A stretch of 64,000 nt of DNA, taken from an uncultured Thermodesulfobacteriota bacterium (lineage in GTDB: Bacteria; Desulfobacterota; Thermodesulfobacteria; Thermodesulfobacteriales; Thermodesulfatatoraceae). Shown in pieces: positions 48,134-57,751 of the stretch. A program made the translations under genes and the position numbers. The notes below the pieces were generated by a model. It was not told the DNA's origin, searched no databases, and saw only the letters and a program-made list of their open reading frames with translations. The stretch covers positions 1,692 through 65,691 of the forward strand of contig CAZROA010000069.1 of assembly GCA_964601575.1 (NCBI GenBank), given 5' to 3'. The first letter of the stretch is position 1, and each line of letters starts with the position of its first letter.

Positions 48134-49487
48134 GGGTGGATCTCGCTTTCACCTCGGCCCTTAAGGCCCTGACATAACGTTTGGTCTCTTCGATAGCCTC
48201 CCAATCCGGTTTCGATAGACAGGGAAAACACGAATTATTATGAAAAAGAGGATCTTCATCCAGGGGATAACGGGAGACTCGAAGGGCTTCTTGATAGAGC
48301 TCTGTCTTTGGAATAGGTGAATATTCGGCCAAATAAGGACTGGCTCCGTGGTAGGCAACATATCGGGCTGAGGCCTTTACTTCCTCGAAGTCCTGATCAG
48401 GGAGCCCCCACAAGAGATAGACCCCTAATTGCTCTCCCCTAAACCCAGCCTCACGCAGATAAGCCATGGCTCTAGGCAGGTCTTCAACCGAGACCTTGTG
48501 GTCGAGTTTGGCCCTTCGCTTGGGATCGGCGGTCTCCAGACCGAAACGCAGGGTCTCGAAGCCTGCCTGATAAAGCAAATGGGCTACTTCTGGAGTAATA
48601 AAACGGAGGTGCAAGGCATTCGGTGTATGAAAGCGGAGTTTGAGACCTTTGGAAAGGATCTTGTCCAAGATTACGCCCAAATGATGATCGAAATTAAGTA
48701 GCAGGGCATCGTCATAAAAGGCAAAGTCTATTACTCCGTAGGATTTGTGCCAGAATTCGATCTCTGAGGCCACTTCTTCTGGATCTCGTTGCCGAAAGGT
48801 CGGCTGTAATAGCTTAGAAGCACAATAAGGGCAACCAAAGGGGCAACCATAGCTCGTGGCGATGACTACATAAGGAATACGGGTCTGAAGATCAAAGACT
48901 GGATAGGGATGGGGGGCCTTGGCCCCGCTGGGTTTGACCAGGTCTTGTACCGCCTTTAAAAGAGATTCATCTTCCGGGCCGGAAAAGACCAAATCTGCGC
49001 CGACCATCGTCCGGGCGTGTTCTGGACATAAAGTGGCGTAAACCCCTCCCAGGAGCACCGGGACCTCAGGGTAAATCTCTTTGGCTAGACGAACGGCTTC
49101 AACCACTCCCGGGTACCAATAGGTCATGAGAGAGGTGACCAGGATCACCTTTGGCGGGCCGAGGCGTTTTAGTTCTTGTTTGAATACCTCGGCAGGCATC
49201 CCGTAACGGGCAAAACGCCGGGGAACATCGCTAAAAAATACCGGTTTAGGCACTGGCTGGCGGAAATAATGCCCGGTGCCAAAGCTTTTTCGTCGTGGAG
49301 GCTTGGGGAGCTCCGGGTGAAAAGGATCTAAGGCATCTAGCAAGGCCACTTGATACCCAACTTGGCGCAATTTGGCCCCGATTTGAAAGAGTCCCAGGGG
49401 CCTGGCCCATAGATCATAGGCGGCAAAATCGTATATCCACGGGTTTATCAAAAGGACATCAACGGCCATGGGCAGAGAAAAGATCAA
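48099..49487 (-). CDS. B12-binding-domain radical SAM protein (class B)
   Basis: N-terminal Rossmann-like B12-binding region (VLLINPWIYDFAAYDLWARPLGL..., VLLGGVYATL), then the radical SAM cluster motif CPFGCPYC. 462 aa. The start overlaps the stop of the Memo-like gene (ATGA). Confidence 0.85.
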   Translation of the reverse strand: MIFSLPMAVDVLLINPWIYDFAAYDLWARPLGLFQIGAKLRQVGYQVALLDALDPFHPELPKPPRRKSFGTGHYFRQPVPKPVFFSDVPRRFARYGMPAEVFKQELKRLGPPKVILVTSLMTYWYPGVVEAVRLAKEIYPEVPVLLGGVYATLCPEHARTMVGADLVFSGPEDESLLKAVQDLVKPSGAKAPHPYPVFDLQTRIPYVVIATSYGCPFGCPYCASKLLQPTFRQRDPEEVASEIEFWHKSYGVIDFAFYDDALLLNFDHHLGVILDKILSKGLKLRFHTPNALHLRFITPEVAHLLYQAGFETLRFGLETADPKRRAKLDHKVSVEDLPRAMAYLREAGFRGEQLGVYLLWGLPDQDFEEVKASARYVAYHGASPYLAEYSPIPKTELYQEALRVSRYPLDEDPLFHNNSCFPCLSKPDWEAIEETKRYVRALRAEVKARSTPRGFHLKPRPF

Positions 49488-50680
49488 TCCTGATCATAGA
49501 GGACAGCGGCGGCAAAGGAGACGATCGACCCCGGGCCAAAATCTACAGCCTCTTGGTGGAGGATCTCTCCTTTTAGAGGACGCCCTTCTAAGAGACGCAG
49601 TAAGAGATAAAGGGGGGTAAAACCACACACCCGATAACGATTCTCGCAGCTCATAATAAGGTCATAGAACCCTTGAGGATCTACAGCCAACAGACGCTCT
49701 AAGAGCCTTCGATCATATCGGAGGGCCTGTTCTTTTTCTCGTTCTCCGGCAGGAACCAGGTCGCCATATCGTACACCCAAATGGCAAAAATCTACCCCAG
49801 CCACGAAGTAGGTCTCTTCATCGACCAGCTCTCGCAAGGCGGTAATAAAATTTTCCAACAAGGTTCGGTCTTTTTCGGTGATTGTTTCAAGCCCTCCGCA
49901 GAGCACCGGGACCAGTCGAAACCGGTCGCCAAAGAGATAACGCAAGAAAATGACCTGAAATTCGATGGAGTGTTCGGCCCGATGGCCCCATTCATGGCCT
50001 CGGACCTCAGGTCCCACCCTTTCCTCCAGGGCCGAGATAAACTCCCGATCCGTAGATACCAGACCAAGGGGGGTAGCAAAGTCCTTGGGTACCACCGAGA
50101 GCACGCTTTCCAAGAAATGCCCTGTCCCGAGGACGATGATTCGTGCCCTTTCGGGAAAGTGGGCCCGGCGGTAGGCCGAGGCAAACCCCCTGGCTCCGCA
50201 GGCCAGATCAATGTGAGGGGCGATCAAGGCCCTGGAGGGTTTTTCAGCCCTTTGGTGCTGACTTTGGGCCAAAATTTGGTCTAGAAACGCCTTTAATTTT
50301 TCCGGATCACTTGGATAGGCCTTGTCCGCGTGAGAAGGGGGACGAACAGGCGAGGAACGAAATTCTTCTTCAAGCCTCTGGCGTAAGGCCTGAAATCTCT
50401 CGTTATCCAAAAGTAAACTTTCATCCAGCGAGGCCACCAACTGACTCACTTCCTCCAGCATGACCAGCCGACCAAATAGTCGCGTGGCTGCCGTTTGAAT
50501 ATCACGCAGGGTATTAGAGCCATCCATCAGGGAGAGGATAGGGGCCAGGGAGGCCGGTAACATGAAGGCCCCTTCGGTATAACCAAAAGGGTCTCGTAGG
50601 AGGAGCCTCTGTTGTCCTTGATAGGTGAAGGGTATGACCTCAATAGCCCTTAGTTTCGGACAATAAGACGGATCATACAT
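49484..50680 (-). CDS. Memo-family (AmmeMemoRadiSam protein B-like) protein with about 108-aa N-terminal PqqD/RRE-like extension
   Basis: Memo core motifs begin near residue 111 (PPSHADKAYPSDPEKL, ALIAPHIDLACG, VLGTGH, EHSIEFQVIFL). The N-terminal segment LLLRDPFG...MLPASLAPILSLMDGSNTLRDI...VSQLVASL follows the PqqD-like pattern. Confidence 0.75.
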   Translation of the reverse strand: MYDPSYCPKLRAIEVIPFTYQGQQRLLLRDPFGYTEGAFMLPASLAPILSLMDGSNTLRDIQTAATRLFGRLVMLEEVSQLVASLDESLLLDNERFQALRQRLEEEFRSSPVRPPSHADKAYPSDPEKLKAFLDQILAQSQHQRAEKPSRALIAPHIDLACGARGFASAYRRAHFPERARIIVLGTGHFLESVLSVVPKDFATPLGLVSTDREFISALEERVGPEVRGHEWGHRAEHSIEFQVIFLRYLFGDRFRLVPVLCGGLETITEKDRTLLENFITALRELVDEETYFVAGVDFCHLGVRYGDLVPAGEREKEQALRYDRRLLERLLAVDPQGFYDLIMSCENRYRVCGFTPLYLLLRLLEGRPLKGEILHQEAVDFGPGSIVSFAAAVLYDQD

Positions 50681-50688
50681 AGCCCCAA

Positions 50689-51465
50689 TTAACCACCAAA
50701 ATCTTCGATCGTCAGGTCTTCACAGGCCTCCTTGACCCGTTCCAGGGCTTCATAGAATTCGTCTTCGATCTTACGTACCCGCATCCCGTAAGCCCGTTGA
50801 ATAGCCTTACGCACTATTTCGCCCTTGAGAAGGGCATTGGTCAGGGCCAATCGACTATAGGCCTCGTTTACCGCTTCATTGAGTTCTAGCAATTTTTGAG
50901 CCCGCCGACGACGTTCTTCAGCCGCTTCGGAAAGGGACTCAGAAAGGAAACGATCGATCTTGGTCACCAAAGATTCATAAAAACTCGCCGGGAAACGGGT
51001 CTCAAACTCCTCCAGGACAAAGCCAAAGGTCAGATAGGCCGGTTCCTTGAAGAAGGTAAAGAGGTCTACTTCTAGGCGTTCTGGTTCTTGGTTCAAAAAT
51101 TCCTGAAACAATCGATAGGCCTGCCGTGACTTCTCTTTCACATTGGGTGGCTTTTCGGTATTGAACTCCAGGATATGCAAGGCTAGTTCTTTGGGCACGA
51201 TAAGGGCCACAATTTCTTCGTGCCCCAGTTCTTGTAAGGCTTCTAAACGATGCCGCCCATCAATGACGTAGTATCTGTCCCGGTCCTTAAAGACGATGAT
51301 CGGGTGCAAAAAACCGAGTTTATCGATGGCCAAAGAGAGATTACGTTTCAGGCCTTCGGAAATATCACGCTGAAAAGGGGGGATTTCGATCTCTTCGACC
51401 TTTAGGAGACAAAGGACCAACTCCTGTTGTTTGACTGGTTCTTGATAATGGCAGAGCTCTTGCAT
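50689..51465 (-). CDS. ParB/Srx-fold N-terminal domain protein (258 aa), function unknown
   Basis: IEIPPFQRD and YYVIDGRHRLEALQELG motifs of ParB-like nuclease or sulfiredoxin-fold domains, then a helical C-terminal half. First gene of the three-gene minus-strand operon. Confidence 0.7.
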   Translation of the reverse strand: MQELCHYQEPVKQQELVLCLLKVEEIEIPPFQRDISEGLKRNLSLAIDKLGFLHPIIVFKDRDRYYVIDGRHRLEALQELGHEEIVALIVPKELALHILEFNTEKPPNVKEKSRQAYRLFQEFLNQEPERLEVDLFTFFKEPAYLTFGFVLEEFETRFPASFYESLVTKIDRFLSESLSEAAEERRRRAQKLLELNEAVNEAYSRLALTNALLKGEIVRKAIQRAYGMRVRKIEDEFYEALERVKEACEDLTIEDFGG

Positions 51466-51494
51466 TTTTGAACCCTCTTCCCCGGTGATAAAAG

Positions 51495-51511
51495 TTATGG
51501 TCTAACCATAA
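51495..51511. promoter_or_regulatory. Palindromic operator candidate upstream of the ParB-like/Memo/rSAM operon
   Basis: TTATGGT-CTA-ACCATAA (7-bp perfect arms), 30-46 nt upstream of the ParB-like ATG and just downstream of a possible minus-strand TTGTCC-N17-CATATT promoter. Confidence 0.45.
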
Positions 51512-51558
51512 GATAAACATAATATGGCCTTTGCCAGGATTTCGGACAAGCATTTTTC

Positions 51559-51587
51559 TTGACAAGGGCTTTTAATAGGCCCTAAAT
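51559..51587 (+). promoter_or_regulatory. Sigma-70-type promoter candidate for the acylphosphatase/M20 peptidase genes
   Basis: TTGACA-N17-CTAAAT, about 23 nt upstream of a GGGAGGAGG RBS and the ATG at 51610. Confidence 0.45.
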
Positions 51588-51609
51588 TTCCCTGAGAAAG
51601 GGAGGAGGT

Positions 51610-51888
51610 ATGGGTAAGAAACGTGTCCATGTCTTCATCTCCGGTCGGGTGCAAGGCGTGTTTTTCCGAGCCTATACCAAAGAAGAGGCCGATCGTTTGG
51701 GGCTCACCGGGTTTGTTCGTAACCTACCTGATGGGCGGGTGGAAGCTGTGTTTGAAGGCGATGAAGAACTCATCGAAGAGATGATCAGATGGTGTCATGT
51801 TGGTTCCCCTCATGCCAAGGTTACCGGCGTAGAGGTGCATGAGGAACCGTACACCGGAGAGTTCACGCGTTTTGAGATCAGGTACTAG
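51610..51888 (+). CDS. acyP: Acylphosphatase
   Basis: 92 aa. ISGRVQGVFFRAYT and GFVRNLPDGRVE motifs. Confidence 0.93.
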   Translation: MGKKRVHVFISGRVQGVFFRAYTKEEADRLGLTGFVRNLPDGRVEAVFEGDEELIEEMIRWCHVGSPHAKVTGVEVHEEPYTGEFTRFEIRY

Positions 51889-53028
51889 ATGATTAACGTC
51901 GAACGCTTAGCCAATGAGTTTTTGCGTCTGGCCCATATCGAGAGTCCTTCCCGGCGAGAAGGGGAAATAGCCGCTTATCTCGAAAGGGAATTTCGGCTCT
52001 TAGGGGCTGAGTGTCTCTTTGATGATTCAGCTCCCAAGACCGGCTCTGAGGTAGGTAACCTCATCGTCAAGATCCCGGGAGACAAAGCTGGGCCTTGTCT
52101 CTTTTTCGCCGCCCACATGGATACCGTGGAACCGACGAGAAATCCTCGAATCTTCCTGGAAGACGGCATCTTTCGCAGTGATGGGCGTACCATCTGTGGG
52201 GCAGACGACAAGAGTGCCATCGCCGCCCTCCTTGAGGTGACCAGGGTGATTAAAGAGAAGAATCTGTCTCACGGAGACCTTGAATTTATCTTCACCACCT
52301 GTGAGGAGATAGGGCTCCTGGGGGCCAAGAATCTCGATTATTCCTTGATCAAGGCCCAGTTTGGCTATGCCCTTGATAGTGAGGATCCAGATGAACTGAT
52401 TAATCGTGCCCCGGAGGCCATACGCTTTCGCCTGGTGGTCCTCGGTTTGGCGGCCCATGCCGGTCTGTGTCCGGAAAAGGGCATCAACGCCATCAAACTG
52501 GCTGGCGAGGCCCTTTCTCAGGTCAAAGTGGGGCGGATCGACGAGGAGACCACGGCCAATATCGGTCTTATCCGCGGGGGGACAGCTACCAATATCGTTC
52601 CAGAAGAGGTAGAACTCCTAGGAGAAGTTCGTAGCCACAGTCACGAGAAATTAGAAAAGGTCTGGCAGGGGATTCTTTCTTGTTTTCAAAGGGTAGTAGA
52701 GGCCAATCGTCAGGGGCGTAAAGATCGCCCGGCCCTCAATTACAAATGGGATCAGGATTATCCCCTGATGCGGGTTGCCGAAGATCACCCGGTAGTCAAG
52801 CTTGCCCTTTCTGCCGCCCAAAAACTCGGGCGACAATTGAAGATCACCTTTACTGGCGGTGGTTCGGATGCCAATATCTTTAACGGCCACGGCCTGCCCT
52901 GCGTCATCCTTGGCACCGGAATGCAGAGGGTTCATTCCACAGAGGAATTCCTCGCCCTTGAGGACTTGGTAAAGACCGCCGAGCTTACCCTGCAGATCGT
53001 CCTTGAGGCCGCGGGAGGGTCACCGTGA
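51889..53028 (+). CDS. M20-family metallopeptidase (peptidase T/tripeptidase-like)
   Basis: AAHMDTV, GADDKSAIAA and TCEEIGLLGA metal-ligand motifs with a dimerisation lid in the middle. The start abuts the acyP stop. Confidence 0.82.
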   Translation: MINVERLANEFLRLAHIESPSRREGEIAAYLEREFRLLGAECLFDDSAPKTGSEVGNLIVKIPGDKAGPCLFFAAHMDTVEPTRNPRIFLEDGIFRSDGRTICGADDKSAIAALLEVTRVIKEKNLSHGDLEFIFTTCEEIGLLGAKNLDYSLIKAQFGYALDSEDPDELINRAPEAIRFRLVVLGLAAHAGLCPEKGINAIKLAGEALSQVKVGRIDEETTANIGLIRGGTATNIVPEEVELLGEVRSHSHEKLEKVWQGILSCFQRVVEANRQGRKDRPALNYKWDQDYPLMRVAEDHPVVKLALSAAQKLGRQLKITFTGGGSDANIFNGHGLPCVILGTGMQRVHSTEEFLALEDLVKTAELTLQIVLEAAGGSP

Positions 53029-54364
53029 CCCGTAGGCCGCCTTCGGGTCGGTTCTCAAAGAAGAGCTGTCCTCCGTGGAGGATGACGATCTGACGACTGA
53101 TGGCCAACCCCAGCCCGGTCCCACCTTTTTTGGTGGTGTAGAAAGGTTTGTAGAGCTTTTTGAGCTCTTCTTCTTTCACTCCTGGCCCGGTATCCTCTAC
53201 CAGTAAGGCTACTTCTTCTGGAGACCAATTTTTGGTCCGGATGATAATCTCTCCGCCCTTGGGCGTGGCCTCGGAGGCGTTGTTCAACAAGTTCCAGAGG
53301 ACTTGTTTGATCCTCTCGCCATCGACCAAGGCCATAGGCGCGGGATGAGCCAGGTCCAATTTGAGCCTTTGCCCCCGGGCTGTAAGTTGCAACTTTGCTC
53401 CCTCCAAGACCTCACTGACCAACCGGTTTAGATCGCACGGGGTCTTTTTCAGTTCGACCTTTTTGGTTCGTTCAAGCATCCGTTGCAGGATTCTTTCCAA
53501 ACGCTTGCTCTCTCTGGTGATCACCTGGGCCCGTTTGGCTAGCTCTGGCTGATCCTGCAGGAGTTCCTGGAGGAATTCGGCGGCCAAACGAAGGCTGGTC
53601 AAAGGATTTTTGATTTCATGGGCCAGACTAGCGGCCAACTGGGCTGCGGTGGCCAGGCGTTCGCTCTCCACCAATCGTTGCTGAAAATCCTGAATCTGTC
53701 TGGCCATCTCGTTTAAGGCCCGGGCCAATTCCCGGACCTCTGGGGGCCCTTTCTCCGGGGCACGGATGGAGAGGTTCCCCCTGGCCAATTCTTTGGTAAT
53801 GACCACCAATTCTTCCAAGGGTTTGGTGATCCATCGGCTGAGGTACCAGCTCACAATCAGCATGAAGACCAAACCGCTAAAGGCCGTATAAGAAAGCCCG
53901 AAAAACAGTTCCCTTTGGACGCGGTCTTCAAAGGTGGTGGGCAAAAGGAGCCCGAAGATACAGGAAATATCCGGACTCAATTGGGTATAAAAAAGCACTA
54001 GACGATAATTTTGTTCCTTTATGCGGAGTTTTTCGACCACCGCTTGGCCTTCCTTGAGTTTTTTAAGGGTCCCAGGAGAAATGGTATGGAGTTTATCCGG
54101 GCACTTTCCTTTAAGGGTGCTGGCCAGGAGGGTACCATCCACCCGATAGATAAAGACCTCCCCTCCCATCATCCTCTGCAAACGGGCGAGGACCTCTTCA
54201 TCGAGGAAGTTACCCTTTTGCAACAAGAATTCGGCCAGCCTGGCCACCTGTTTGGTCTCCAAGGAATCGATGATTCGAGAGGTAAAAGAGATGGACGTAT
54301 AGGCAAAATAGATGCTGATAAAGATGATTAAAAAAGAGAAGAAAAGAATAAAGCGTTTGTACAT
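52985..54364 (-). CDS. Sensor histidine kinase (TM - periplasmic region - TM - HAMP - HisKA - HATPase)
   Basis: H-box LAHEIKNPL, N-box NLLNNASEA and G-boxes EDTGPGV / GTGLGLAIS. No response-regulator gene is adjacent. Confidence 0.9.
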   Translation of the reverse strand: MYKRFILFFSFLIIFISIYFAYTSISFTSRIIDSLETKQVARLAEFLLQKGNFLDEEVLARLQRMMGGEVFIYRVDGTLLASTLKGKCPDKLHTISPGTLKKLKEGQAVVEKLRIKEQNYRLVLFYTQLSPDISCIFGLLLPTTFEDRVQRELFFGLSYTAFSGLVFMLIVSWYLSRWITKPLEELVVITKELARGNLSIRAPEKGPPEVRELARALNEMARQIQDFQQRLVESERLATAAQLAASLAHEIKNPLTSLRLAAEFLQELLQDQPELAKRAQVITRESKRLERILQRMLERTKKVELKKTPCDLNRLVSEVLEGAKLQLTARGQRLKLDLAHPAPMALVDGERIKQVLWNLLNNASEATPKGGEIIIRTKNWSPEEVALLVEDTGPGVKEEELKKLYKPFYTTKKGGTGLGLAISRQIVILHGGQLFFENRPEGGLRVTVTLPRPQGRSAG

Positions 54365-54391
54365 AAGCTTAGTAAATTAATCGGTTAAAAA

Positions 54392-55036
54392 CTACTTTAT
54401 AACTTTCAATTGTCTTAAAAGTTCGTACACTTCTTTAAAATCAGAAACATGATAATCCGCCGGGAGCCCTTTATTTTTGTAAGCAATCAGCGGAACACCA
54501 ACTTGTCGGGTTAATTCCCAATCTACTTCCGAATCCCCGATGTAAAGGACCTCTTTGGGTTCAAGGCCAAAATAGTGAAGGATTACGGTCAAGGCCTCGG
54601 GATGAGGCTTTGGCTTCGGTGATCTGAGAGCGGTCATAACCAGGTCAAAGAGGGGCTCCAGGCCGAATATTTCCAGCAACCGTCCCATGGTCGTCGTTCG
54701 GTTGGTAGAGATGGCTGTCTTTAAAGGTGGCCGTATGGCGGTGATCAGCTCCTTAAGCCCGGGCTCAGGCTTCATAAGGGGTAAGAATTGTTCATAATTA
54801 AGCTTCTTTTGATAGGCCAAGGCCTGATCAACCAGGTCAGGGTGGTCCCTAAACAGATAGCGCACCGAGCTTTCCGCCGGGTGCATGTGGACAAAACGAA
54901 ATTCTTCTTCGGTAAGCGGGGGGCGACCCATGGCCTGGGCAATATGGTTGTAATAGGCCCAGTTGGCCTCCCGAGAGTCAAAAAGGACCCCATCACAATC
55001 AAAGACCAAGAGTTTTATGAGAGAATTTCTACCCAT
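54392..55036 (-). CDS. HAD-superfamily hydrolase, subfamily IA (phosphoglycolate-phosphatase-like)
   Basis: LVFDCDGVLFDS (DxDG), STNR and IGDSEVD motifs. Confidence 0.85.
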   Translation of the reverse strand: MGRNSLIKLLVFDCDGVLFDSREANWAYYNHIAQAMGRPPLTEEEFRFVHMHPAESSVRYLFRDHPDLVDQALAYQKKLNYEQFLPLMKPEPGLKELITAIRPPLKTAISTNRTTTMGRLLEIFGLEPLFDLVMTALRSPKPKPHPEALTVILHYFGLEPKEVLYIGDSEVDWELTRQVGVPLIAYKNKGLPADYHVSDFKEVYELLRQLKVIK

Positions 55037-55068
55037 GGTAAGAAAGGCCCGGAGGGCCGGGCCTTAAC

Positions 55069-56238
55069 TTAATAATCTTCCAGATGCCAGGTACCGTTTT
55101 TGATCCGTACAATAATCATCGAATCTACCCCAAGCCCACAATGATCTTTAGGGCTCATGCGATAGATCCCAGAGATCCCTACATAACCGTTTATATTCTC
55201 TAGGGCCTGTCTGATCCCTTCCCGATCAACCCCGGCCTTTTGGATGGCCAGGACTAAGAGATTGATGGCGTCCCAAGCATAGCCAGAATGGGTATTAATG
55301 GGAAATTTTCGATCCAGATCATAGACCTCGTTATATAGCTTTACAAAGTGCGCGATGACCGGTTTTTGCGGGTCAGAATCCGGCAGTTCTTGCCAGGCCA
55401 TTAATTTGGTTGAAGGCATGAGATTTCCTTCGGCGGCCTTACCTGCTAATTCGATATATTTCGGGTCAGGTAGACCATGGCACTGAAAGAGGGGGACCTT
55501 GATTCCCAGTTGTTGGACATTCTTGGCCACAATGGACCCCGCCGGGCCGATGGTCCAACAGATAATGACCTCGGGTTTTTTGAGCATCAGGCGGCGGAGT
55601 TGGCCGGTCATGTCGGTGTCCGAAGGGTTAAAGGATTCTTTTCCGACTATGACAAGCCCGTATTCAGGGGCCAGTTTTTCAAGCCAGCGTCTACCGTCTT
55701 GACCGAAACCATCCGAAGCCGTGAGGATGGCCACGCGTTTGAGGCCCTTTTTCTGGAGATAGAGATAGATCTTTTTGACTGCGGTGGAGGACCGTTGAGG
55801 GGCCTTGAAGATATATCTGGCCGTGCCAAAACGCCCCCCTTCCATGATAACTGGATCACCGCCGACGGTCATGACGATGGGGACCCGAGCCCGCTCGACG
55901 ATGGGTTTGATGGCCATGCCGGTACCAGTCCTGGTCGGGCCAATCAGGGCCACCACCTTTTCTACTTCGATTAGGCGCTTGACCGCCATGACCGCCTTGG
56001 TAGGGTCACCCTCGGTATCGGCCATGATCAATTTTATAGGCCGCCCGTTTACTCCGCCGTGTTTGTTTATTTCCGCCACCGCCATCTCTGCCACCAATTT
56101 GGTCGGAGTACCAATAAAGGCCGCCGGGCCAGAGAGGGCAAAAAGGGCTCCGATCTTTATGGGCTCTTTTTGGGCAGCCTTGACCGGGGAGATAAGCAGA
56201 CCAAAGACCAAGAGTAAGATTAAAATCACAGACCTCAT
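55069..56238 (-). CDS. ABC transporter substrate-binding protein, branched-chain amino acid (LivK/type I PBP) family
   Basis: Signal peptide, then IKIGALFALSGPAAFIGT and the overall periplasmic-binding-protein type I layout. Confidence 0.85.
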   Translation of the reverse strand: MRSVILILLLVFGLLISPVKAAQKEPIKIGALFALSGPAAFIGTPTKLVAEMAVAEINKHGGVNGRPIKLIMADTEGDPTKAVMAVKRLIEVEKVVALIGPTRTGTGMAIKPIVERARVPIVMTVGGDPVIMEGGRFGTARYIFKAPQRSSTAVKKIYLYLQKKGLKRVAILTASDGFGQDGRRWLEKLAPEYGLVIVGKESFNPSDTDMTGQLRRLMLKKPEVIICWTIGPAGSIVAKNVQQLGIKVPLFQCHGLPDPKYIELAGKAAEGNLMPSTKLMAWQELPDSDPQKPVIAHFVKLYNEVYDLDRKFPINTHSGYAWDAINLLVLAIQKAGVDREGIRQALENINGYVGISGIYRMSPKDHCGLGVDSMIIVRIKNGTWHLEDY

Positions 56239-56444
56239 CCTTCACCTCCTCTGGATTTCTTTAGGTAACAGGGTTTAAAACCAAGATCAAATCTTTTGCG
56301 GAAAAGAGGGCCGTCTTCCTTGGTGCACTTTATTTGTCTTATGAAAAAGATTTGTTCAAGCAATTTGATGAATCCGATAAAATGCTATATTGATTGGGCT
56401 CTAAAGTCTTCTCTTTCAAATTCAGATTATCTAGCAGAGAGTAA

Positions 56445-57749
<1,305 letters not shown>

Positions 57750-57751
57750 CC

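Noticed and set aside
51365-51565. 66-aa minus-strand ORF upstream of and overlapping the ParB-like gene, considered as a precursor peptide for the Memo/rSAM operon.
   Set aside because: It overlaps the ParB-like N-terminus out of frame, has an Arg/Gly/Pro-rich, non-protein-like composition and no RBS. It is most likely spurious.
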